Notes under the pieces: model-generated
Told to the model about the DNA's origin: nothing
What the model saw: the letters and a program-made list of their open reading frames with translations, nothing else
Database searches by the model: none
NCBI GenBank assembly: GCA_038496445.1
Contig: JALMLS010000309.1
Coordinates: 248,001 to 312,000, forward strand
DNA: 64,000 bases
Source of the DNA: Trichosphaerium sp. ATCC 40318
Lineage: Eukaryota > Protista > Tubulinea
Direction: 5' to 3'
Translations under genes and position numbers: made by a program
Shown here: piece by piece, positions 39,560 to 50,305 of the stretch
How positions within the stretch are numbered: the first letter of the stretch is position 1
Layout of the letters: each line of letters opens with the position of its first letter

Positions 39560-40496
39560 TCAGCAGCTTTAAAACCTGTGGAAACTTTTGAGTTGTATAA
39601 AAAGGCTTCAAAATCATCAAACCAGAGTGTTGGAGGTGAGTGTAATATTGATGGACCATGGCTTTTGAAAAAGATGTTAAGGTTACAAACACCACATTGT
39701 GATAGCCCAGGGGTTTACCACAAAGAGACAACTTACTCTACGGGGTATTAACAAACCTAGAGACATTTTGTGGCGGTACTTTTTAAAGTTATTACCCCTA
39801 AAACACTCTGACCTTTCCTATCCTTTACACAGACATTGTTTATTTTTTGAATGGGATTATGCACTAGCTATTGGTAAAATGTTAGCTAAGCATCTATCTG
39901 TAGGTCTTTACACTTGGTCATACAATATACTCAAGCTCACCACTAACAAAGATAAAGCTATTCACATATCTTCTATTATGCATTGTATTTGGAAAGTTAG
40001 AAATTCAGTCTTATTTGATGAAGAATTACCCAAAATGCAACAAGTTGCATTTTGGCACCAGCAAAATCTATTGGTAGCTCTCAATATTGACAACTCTCAA
40101 TGCAATTGGCCTTTAGATGAAGACAAATTTATTCGTACTGGTGACTATTGGAAAGCAACTAACTGGCTATCAGACTTTAAAGACTCCTGGGAAGATTGGG
40201 GTGCAGGCTTACCGCCTCCGCCTCCACCTGAACCTCCTCCATTACCTACAGTAATTTTTGCAAAAACTCATACCAATAGTATCATGCCCACTACACCAAT
40301 CTCCCCTGTAACTTGCAGATCTACTAGAAAAAGATATAAGTATTACTCAGACTATGAAAGCTCAGATGGTGATAGCTCAGAAGAATGGGATTTAAACCAT
40401 TTATTCTAACAATGTAACTCCTATACTAAAATTGCACGTGTGGTTATTGTCGTCCACAGCACAATAAACCCACCTATTTTTTAAAAAAAAAAAAAA
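39560..40496 (+). mobile_element. 5'-truncated non-LTR retrotransposon (L1/TRE-like) 3' end with poly(A)
   Basis: Intronless ORF 39699-40409 with RDILWRYFLKLLP...LFFE and IMHCIWKVRNSVLF (decayed C-terminal zinc-knuckle region of ORF2); short 3' UTR; A-tail at 40483-40496. Confidence 0.75.
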
Positions 40497-40624
40497 CAAA
40501 GAGACAACTTTTTTGCTTCTTTGACCATGTATGTAGTTGAGTTATCAGATGCTTTGATGAGCAACATGATGGCAAATGGGGTAAGTAGTTTGCATTTAAC
40601 GAATTGTAAACACATATATCAAAA

Positions 40625-40684
40625 TGCACATGTGGTTATTGTCGTCCACAGCACAATAAACTCATCTTTTTTTGAAAAAAAAAA
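40625..40684 (+). repeat. Second, very short copy of the LINE 3' end plus A-tail
   Basis: 31-nt core tgtggttattgtcgtccacagcacaataaac is identical to 40439-40469 and is followed by a T-run and an A-run. Confidence 0.85.
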
Positions 40685-40929
40685 GTAGTTTGCATTTAGG
40701 TGGCATGAGGAAAAAAGAATAACAATTTTACAGAAAGTTAGTTTAAAAGAATGAATGGTGTTGGCATAGTAAAATGGTTCTAAAAAAAGTTTTATACAAT
40801 AACATGGCAAATATGTGTCCAAAATGGTGATTTGCATGCTGTTTGATTCCAACACTGATTATGCCTTAATATTTAGTGTTAACCCTTGATTACATTATTT
40901 TTTTATTATGATACAGCATTGATACATTG

Positions 40930-43754
40930 TTATTGAACATTTATAGTTTCTCTGGATGGCACACTTAAACATGATTTACTTGTAAAAGAGGTAAATAATA
41001 CAGGTTGATTGTTTGACAAAACACTTAATTTTACTTCAGGCCTAAACTACATCAACAATTTAATTAATTTGTATTTATTACCTGAAATGAGCTATAGTTG
41101 CTGCCAATGAAGCAGAATCACCTTTCCACCAATAAGGTATGGGTATTAATGTCAATCCTAATTCAATTTAATACATATTGGCAAATAAGCCAATACAGTA
41201 CCTTGACTTTGACACATATGTAATTTTTCATAGTCACGATGTTCTTGCATTAATACAGGACCAAATCGAACAGGGCTGTCATCATAGTGATGTTCACCTA
41301 CAATTGTAAGTGCAATTTATAGTTACCTACTTTACCTTGATATTCTAATGCTACACTTAAAGCAGGTATGTATATGTCTAATGTAATCCAATCTTTTGTG
41401 TGCTTGTATTTTAGGCCAGGATTGTATTCTTCTACTACTTCATAAGAAAGTAATACTTTTTTGGTTTGTTCCAATAAATATCTATTAAAATTAAGTATTT
41501 AGTTTTAAAACCATATGTTTATACCTTTGAGCAGCTTTTTTCCTTTTGTCAGCAAATAAAGAAAAATTCCAATTGATATCAGGATACACATTAGCCAATG
41601 CTTGTGGAAAAAATGCAAATACTGACTTTTGCAAGTTTCTGAGTTGTGGCTGTGATACTCTATACCAATCAAAGGGAGTATTAATGCCAAGATGAGTTTC
41701 AGCATTTTTTAAAAATTTTTCAGCCATGCCAGGTATTTTCCACTGTAATTTTTTCTTTTTTTGCAATTTATGTTTCCAATCCTTAACAACACTACTAAAA
41801 TTAGTAAAATTCCTTTATTGGACAAACCATACTGGAATTTAGATATTTCCCAAGTAAAATGAGGGTAAGCTGCCATTATTGTGCTTGATAACACACCATT
41901 GTGTCTAACAAAAGATTAAAATATCCACATATTGGATTAACCATACTTTTTAATTAAATCTCCTCCACCAAATGAAATAAAATTTCTGGTTGTAACAGAA
42001 TACCAATCATCCAAAATCTCCAAACCTAGTTTTTCAGCTATTTTGTCCAAAGAACTTTGTTCAAAATATATCCTTTTCCAAAATTGATGGTATGCTTTAC
42101 CATTCTCAAAAAGCTCAATGTTCCAATTGTATTGTGGATAATTTCTTTTTAATAGTTCAAAAATAAATCCTCTATGTTTTTTTAGTAGCCATGATCCTCC
42201 TAAATCAACAATCTGCTGTCCTTTAACAACATACCAATCACTTGCAGTTTTGTAACCTAATTGCTCAGCTATTGAGTTTAATTTTACAAGTTGATTAATT
42301 GAATGTGGAGCTCTATTTATTGTCAGTTTACAACAAAACATGATTTTTAGCAACCTGAATGCATTTTTTTTCCATTTTTGTTTGGGATAAATGGCTTGTA
42401 AAGCGTGTACTAATGATCCACCATATCTAATAGTGTAAATTTTTTGTAGTCATTAATGGCACTATAATTTACCTTTTTAAGACAGTATTTATCCCCAACT
42501 CGCCAATTCTATCATTAGAAATATTGTACCAGTCATTCAAAGACTGCATGCCAAAAGTCTTAACAGTTGCATCAAATATAGCCCGCTGATTAGCCAATTG
42601 ATCAAAATACCTTTGAGGTACATTTCTTGACAGATAAATTAATATTGTTTTCATAAATTTTTTTGCTTACCTGAACTGCCACGGCAGCCATTGTTGTTCA
42701 GGATATAATTCATTTAAAAGGGTGTACAAGGAATTGTTGTGCCTAAATGAATAAATGATCCATGTTGTTAAATGTAACATACATTTTGAGTAGAGTTTGC
42801 CCTCCTCTCTTCTTTAAATCGTCACAAACAATGTCATACCAAGCATCAAATGTATGTACAGACAAGCTTTGACTTAAATCTTCCATGAGGTCTCGTTGAT
42901 TGTCAAGGCTATCCCAGTAGTTTTTTGGGACATGTCTTGGTTTGATAAATTTGAGTAACAACTTTACAAAGTCAACGCTTACTTGAATCTCCAAATACAC
43001 CAGTCAAACTCTGGATATATTGTAGTTATAGCTGCTGTGATTGAACCATTGTAAAGCCTATAAGGTTGATGAGTTATGATGGTGACTACAAGTATGATTG
43101 AGTGCATACGCATTTATAAATGGTTGAGCTTTTTGTTTTGTGAGATCTGCTGTTTGCATGTTGTACCAAGCGCAGTATGTCTTGAATCCCAAATCTTTTG
43201 CTATCCTATCCATCGCATCTCTTTGATTTGCCATGATCCAGTACACTGGAGGAACGTTGCTAGTATAATACTAAATATTCAATATACGTTGACTTGTACA
43301 ACACGCACCCAAACATGGCTTCAATCCACTTGTACTTTGGATACAGAGCGTACAGCGTTTGTTTCAGCGAGCCGTTATGGTGCCTGTCAAAATGTCACCA
43401 AAATATCCAATAAAGACCATGTTTGGCATAATTTACGCACTGTATCAAAGCTCCTCCTCCGTTTTGGATACATCTAGCTTTAGTGACATTGTACCAATCG
43501 GATAACACGCAAACACGTAAATTGCACGCTATTTTTTCAACGTGCGACTGCTGCGCCTCCAGGGTGAATAAAATGTCGTTTGTTTGTTCTGGTCCGTGAA
43601 CTTGCGCCACAGAGTGCGCACAGCGTACTAAGAATCAAGTCAGTACCACCACGAGACGTTTATCCAGCTGTTATAAAATCGTACCATAAGCTTTCGCCTT
43701 CTTTCGGTCGTACGTGACACACGTATTGTGTGGGAGCGTACAACGGAAAGCCAT
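40930..43754 (-). CDS. Tandem 'DWY'-repeat protein (7 x ~72 aa) with C-terminal PD-(D/E)XK / RAP-Vsr-like nuclease fold
   Basis: Repeat consensus NQRxxxDxIAxxLGxxxxxDWYxVxxxxIxxxGGxxLLK-YxGSLxxxLxxxYPxxxWxxxxF-VPxxYW; C-terminus TLDIYIPALSVALEYQGEHHYDD...RDYEKLHICQSQGLTLIPIPYWW. Confidence 0.85.
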
Positions 43755-43860
43755 GAGCGTACTTACATGGGGTAGGCTAGATTTTTGTACCGTTTGAATT
43801 TAATTGAATCAAATTGCGCCAATCAACCACAATTGTAGAAGGTTATGCTAGTTGCTGCGT

Positions 43861-46415
43861 ATGTTAGTAGCCAAACACGTCCTAGGCCGATTTGGGCAAA
43901 CCGATCGAACAAGTGTACCTGGTGCCCTCAAAAGCGCGTTACACCCAAAAAATCTCCATCGATTGCGCTGGTATGTAGCTAACAAAGCAAACAAGTACCC
44001 GAGCGCAGAACTACATTTTTTCGAGTACGGCGTTGCCATGCGCTACGGGTTGTGCACGTTCGAAGATTTGTACAAATTGTCGTGGAAGCAAGTGGTAAAA
44101 GCTGACAAGTTTTCAACTCTCAAAAAGTAAAATCCCAGAAAATTTTCTTGGTGTGTAATTAACTACCCTCTTCTCTTTCTAGATACAAGGCATCATTACC
44201 TGATGCGCTTGAAGGACTGTATCCTGATCACAAATGGGACTTGTGGAGATTCAAGTGAGTACAAAAAGCCGGTTTTAGCCTTTAAAACGTATATAAGAAA
44301 AGCGCCACACCAGTACTGGGATGACGTCAAAAACCAAAGGCAATTTCTTGATGATTTTGCCAAGATGCGAGGCATTAAAGATGTCGATGGCTGGGCTTCT
44401 GTCACCAATAAGCAACTTACCACCTTGAACGGATCAGGCGTATTGCACAAGTAAGATATGACCAAATCGAAATAATCACACAATAACACATACCTATCTA
44501 TTTACAACCCCCTTTAACAGGTATCGCAATTCTCTTGGGGCTGCCTTAGAACACATCTACCCAGAAAACAATTGGGATTCACGGTATGGCTCCTTGGTAA
44601 TGTAGTTGTCCTCTCCCTCGGTAAACGATATTGTAGCACATTCAACTTGAAGGCAAACACAAAGGTGATGCACAAGTATTTGGGAGATGAGATAACTGTA
44701 CTCAACGCTGTCGGTGTTCTTCTTGGAGTCAAGAGCCTGGATGACTGGTATGCATGCACGAGTTGGGACATGCGCAAGCACGCACGTGGACCTGGCCTTA
44801 TGCGAAGGTATTTTAAAGTGTGTGCGCTACAATGCAAGAATCTTATGCATGCTAGATTCAATAACTCTGTTGCTGCTGCTGTTCAGTACGCATTCGGTCA
44901 TTATACATTTATAACTGCAAAATTCGTGTACGTTGCCTAGTGCAGTAATTTGTTTACAAACGAGAATTTACTAAATCTGAAACAGGGAAAGTGCAGTGAC
45001 GTACAAAACACAGCGCGAACAAAAACAGAAGATGGAGCACGTTGCTGAAGCTCTAGATGTCAAACTAGCTGAATCCTGGTATTATGTATCAACCAAGAAG
45101 GTTATTGAAATGGGTGGAGCAGCTGTATTGAGAAAGCACGTCCAGAAATATTTATGATTACTTTGCTTCAAAAACAAAAAAAAAAACAGCCATAAATTTA
45201 CATGACACAGATATAATGACTCCCTCTGGCGTGCCGTATCCACCTTGTATCCACATGTCACATTTGATAGGCGCAAGTTTAGGCACGTTTCATATCATAG
45301 TATTCGTGTGGCCTGACTGTTTAGGAATGCCCGATGGCTAGAGAGTGAACGTAGGCTTTTGGACCGGCTTGGAGAACGCCTTGCTGTTACAACCTTGCAA
45401 GCCTGGTTAGAATTGCCTGTAGACAAGGTAAAATCAGGAGGTGCAGCGCATCTGCTAGACAAGTATGCTATTATGATTATTATTGCTTTTTAATGAAAAC
45501 CGACCCTCACCATTTTTAGATATGGGTGCATGACCAGACTGTTGCGTACAGTGTACTACACGTATGCGTGGCCCTCGGCCAATAGAGAAATACCCCAGGG
45601 ATACTGGCTCCAGCCTGATAACCAAATCCACTTTTTATTGCATGCGGCCAAGTCTCTTAACATTGAACACCAAGACGACTGGTACCAATTTACGTCGCTA
45701 ATTAACGTCTATTGACACCATTAGGTATCGCGTTTCATGGCAGCAATTGATAGATCTTGGTGGGTCAGGTATTTTAAGGTACTATCCTCGTGCACTCACC
45801 CTCTTGGATACTTGTGCGCAATGGGACTGGGGACGCTTTCCAAGGATGTCTAAGCGTGCAGCTCAACGGTACAACACTGCATAGCGTATAATAGTAGGCT
45901 AAAAACATACAAAAAGGGGCCTTGTGGTAGCCGTGTCTAAAGTACTTGAAAAAGTAGATTATATTTTCGAAGAGCATAAGCTCACTCTTCGCCCATCCAG
46001 CGGACACCACACTACTGTTGACATATTTATTCCGGAACATAATATTGCATTTGAATATCAAGGTAAAAATGGTAGTTTATATACATACATGTAATACTCA
46101 CCAACCGCAGGTGAGCAACACTACAATGACGGTGTCTTCCCACAGGGGTTGTCAGCAGCTGCACAAGAAGCTCTAGATCTTGAAAAGCTGCAGCAATGCC
46201 AAGAAGTTGGCCTTTCGCTTGTTTCAGTGCCATACTGGTGGAATCCTACGGATTTGGAAGGCTTGGCAGCAACGATCAAGGCTTGTGCCCCACACGTTCC
46301 ACTAGCGCACAAATTCCATTCCACACGCGCTGCTCCATTTACCACCAGTGCAACAGATTTCCATAACAAACGTTTGCCTGTAATGCAGCCAATGGCAGCT
46401 CTAGGTACAAGATGA
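43861..46415 (+). CDS. Paralogous 'DWY'-repeat protein with C-terminal PD-(D/E)XK / RAP-like domain
   Basis: APHQYWDDVKNQRQFLDDFAKMRGIKDVDGWASV, IPQGYWLQPDNQIHFLLHAAKSLNIEHQDDW; C-terminus TVDIFIPEHNIAFEYQGEQHYND...LDLEKLQQCQEVGLSLVSVPYWW. Confidence 0.85.
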
Positions 46416-46515
46416 TTATTTGTCATAGGTAGTTTTTACCTTTTTGATTAATCAATTGTATTTTACATAAATAAAAGGGCGGCAGTAAAAAGCACCCACT
46501 GTACAAATTTCAAAA

Positions 46516-49500
46516 CTACAAGTCATCGTCGTCCACGTCGAACATATCTTCATCGTTTGGTTGTGAATTCATAGGAACGTAATCTGTATCTTCTTCTTGT
46601 TCATTTTGAGCAAACAAAACAGTTTTCTTTGGTGCACGTTTGCGCTTCTTGGATTCTTTTGGGAGGTTACCTGCTGGTGGAAATGCCGATTTGAACTAGA
46701 AACACATTGTTAGCTACAAATACATGGTTTTTTTCTATTGATGTACCGGATAGTATTTTCTGTGCACGCGTGCAGCTTCACGCAAGCCAGACGCATATGC
46801 GCCTACTAATGTGGCAGGATGCATTTGTTCAGTTGCTTCGCCAGCAAAGTACAAGTGATTGTCAACGGGTTTTGAGAGGAGAGTGTAGTCGTTACCCGAG
46901 GATCCCTTTGGTATATAGCTGTAACTACCACGTGCAAATTCGTCAGAGTGCCAACGTGTAACAACATACTCTATTACATCAGCGGACCGCTTGAAGCACT
47001 AAAAGCAAGAGAGGTTAGATAGGTAGGTTAGGCACAAAGCCAAAAAAAAACCCCAACTTTCATACTTAATTAAAAAAAAAGAGATTGTACCTTGGCAAGG
47101 ATCACCCTTATGTTTGCTACCAGCCACTCATCGCTCTTATGTTCTACCGTGTGTGCAGCTTCTCCAGAGGATAATACTACAAGGATTGGTTTCCCAACGT
47201 GGCGGTACATATTCCAGCAAATGTAATGAGCGCCTCGCTTGTGAGTCTCTGAATTTGGGTCTGAGCAAATACCAAACCACGCCGGTGTCTTGGGCCAAAA
47301 GCACTCCTAAAACCATATTCGTTAGTCTTTTGCGCACTACTTTAGCGGCTGGTGGGTAGGTCGTACTGAGAACTGCAATACTACTTTATTGAGCAAACCA
47401 AAGCCAAGCCTGTCAATCGCGCCTTGCTTCCATTGTGGCAGCGCCGGGTTGAAAGTCACCGACTTTGCCTTTAGAATGCCCAAAGGCAATGTACAAATGC
47501 AAGCATCTCCATCATATATAGCATCACCAGCGGTTACTTGAACGCCATTATTGTTGTAACTGATATCTGTTACTTTTTGGCCAAATCTAATATCCAGGCC
47601 CTATTATATCAACACTTAGTGAGGCGCAGGGACCGCATTGCTGTATAGGGCACGTACGGAAGCAATTTTCTCAAGAATAGAGCAGTAACCCTCTTTTAAT
47701 ACATTGTGTACACCACCGTACTCGTACGGATCGTCCTGATCCCAGTGGTTCAAAGAAAGCTTCTCCAAGTCCTCTGCGCACGCGTATTCCATGTTCGCAA
47801 AATACCTGCGACACACCCAATAAGCAAACAAACAAATAACAAATACTTTGGGTGAGGTCCCCGTTGTGTCTGTCACAGTACCAGTTCAATACGCATTCTT
47901 CAATAAACTTCAGATCTGTGTGCTCCTCTTCTAGGATCTGGCGCATCACAGTACCCAACCCTTGATCCTACTCTGAGTCATTGATTTGAATGGCGCTTAT
48001 TAAAGAGGATTTGGAAGAAAAACATTGAATGAGAGTGATAAGATTAATTGATTACCTTGTCTGTTTTGCGTCTGTCGTTCGCTGCATTGAGGACCGTGTT
48101 AAACAACTTGCTAATCTTTTCATCTACATCTGCAGGTACCGTGTCACCTGTGCACAAAGTTGGTGTTAGGCTTTTCTCCACGTTGGTGTCCGTGTTTGTT
48201 TGTGTGCGTACCAGACTCCAAGAATAGAATGCTTTCGTCATCCAGTGGACTCAACGGCACGTCCAGCTGGCGTACGATATCATCAAATGGATTACCCTGC
48301 AAGCCCATTAATATTGCTAAACTACGGTTAGGAGAAGTGACATTAAGCGTGCTAACACAAAGGTTGACGTCTTCTTACCTGCACCCAGATCCACTGCTGC
48401 ACCCAACGTTCTGTCGGTATATGCTCTTCCACCAACTCGCCACCGTGCTTCTAGCACAGTAACCTTGTAACCGAAAGATCTTAGTTGCTCTGCTGCAGCT
48501 ACACCTAAGCGACTGTTTCAACACAAAAAATACAATCCTTTTTTTCATGATCTAAAAAAGGGGTACCTGCCGCTCCTGCTCCCACCACAATCACCTTATA
48601 TCGCTCCAAACCGCCTTTGCGATATTTAATACATACTGGTAGGCACACAGGAAGGTAAAACGTACTTATTTTTTTGCAAGTGTGAAACCCTTCGAAAACG
48701 CCTACGTTGATGCTGCCAACGCGTTGCAGAAAGTCAAAGACTGACAGTGCCTTGGAGTGGTATTGCTTCTAAACATTGCCGCTTAGCAATGCAAAAATAC
48801 CAGAAACAATTGTTCGTGATGGTTACGTACCCTCATTGTGTTCCTAGATCGCGCCAGAGTGAGGCACTTCTTAGGATTGGTCTTCCATTCCCACAAGATT
48901 ATGTTTCTGTTAAAAAAAATCAGTAAATCAGTACATTCACCAACCTGCAGCATAAATTGCGTACCGTATGCCAGTGTATTCCTCCTCCGACACGTTTGGA
49001 AAGTACTCGCGTTCGGCAGCACTCATCTTTAAAGGTGTGTAGCCGGCTCGCTCTGCTGACCCTACATAGAAAGCAATAGCGTCAGTCTAGTTTTAAAAGG
49101 ATTGGTGAGGTCCACACGCACCCCACTCTTCAGGGACATTTTGTTCGCCTAGAGCATCATTGTGCACATCCTCGTGGATATTTTCTAGCGCCTTAGACAC
49201 TGCCAGCTTTGTTGTGGTTTTACGCCTCTTTCTGGACATACGCGATGATGATGGTTTTTGTTCAGCTTGAGTTAGTGATCCTTACGCCGCAAACGTCAGT
49301 ACAAACAAAGCATTATCAAGCGCTACAAAAAAAAATCAATATCGTTTTCCCTTACCCTCTGTAGTTTTATTGAGCTGAAATACGCCTAGTGTTTGCGTCT
49401 CATCCGCCCATTCACCTTGTATGCGTTCTTGATTGTAATTTCCACACAGAAAGAATTTCTGTCCGTCTGACTTGTTTTCTTTACATAGCTGTATTTCGCC

Positions 49501-50192
49501 CATGTACGCCATGCCTAATTAGTCGAGTTTAGCCTTGATTGTAACAAAAGAATTTCACAAACCAGAAACTATGCTAGTCCCTCCAATGCCCTGGCCCTCT
49601 CCTGATATTATCTGGCCTCCCAACATCCCACACTTTGTAAATTGTACGGATAAACTCTCTTTGAATCTGGTTTTACTGACTCATACATTAGTTTGACGCA
49701 TTCAATACAAAGGCAAACAGCGTATTAGATTTTTATGCAAAAATTGACATTTTTAGTACGCAAAAGAAGCATTTAGCCTTCTAAAGTCGGTAATAGCGTA
49801 CTCGTATTGCAAATAACCTTTCCATACGCCGTTAAAGCACTTCAAGCTCTCGTTGTAAACTGTAACTTTCTTCGCTGATTGTACGTTGCCTCCAGGTGCT
49901 GCGTCAGCGTTTACACTATTGTCTACAGGCTTGTTAAACAAATTCCATTGTGTGATCAATTGTTGGCACCTTCGTGTCCAAGTGGCATTCCTCCAGGCTG
50001 AGTTGAGCTATTGTCATTGATGTACCTCAAAAAGTTTCGAAAACCGTCTTTTGCTTTATCTTCTTCTCGCTCTTGCGCTATTTTAGCTTGAATAACATCG
50101 TGAGGAGCTAAGCGTTGCAACCCACTACCCAGAGCCGAAAGCGTGTTAAAAGTGCTTGAAAAGAAACCTTGGTTGACAGGCGGCAATGACAT
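46516..50192 (-). CDS. LSD1/KDM1-family histone demethylase (SWIRM + amine oxidase, no Tower domain) with an extra N-terminal domain
   Basis: SWIRM EREYFP...[18 protein letters not shown]; FAD motifs [25 protein letters not shown]; [10 protein letters not shown]; GFGLLNKV; [13 protein letters not shown]; YFAGEAT...[14 protein letters not shown]. Confidence 0.92.
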
Positions 50193-50305
50193 TTGACACT
50201 AGCCACCTATCAATGTAAAAACGTTATCTTTGGGTGAAAGTAATGTTGTTGCAAGTCAATTTCATTCTGTTTCAACAAACATCCACAACAACTTAAGAAA
50301 TCGCA

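Noticed and set aside
37500-41000. tRNA gene next to the TRE-like element
   Set aside because: No cloverleaf or A/B-box pattern recognised by eye; tRNAscan-SE would be needed to exclude one.
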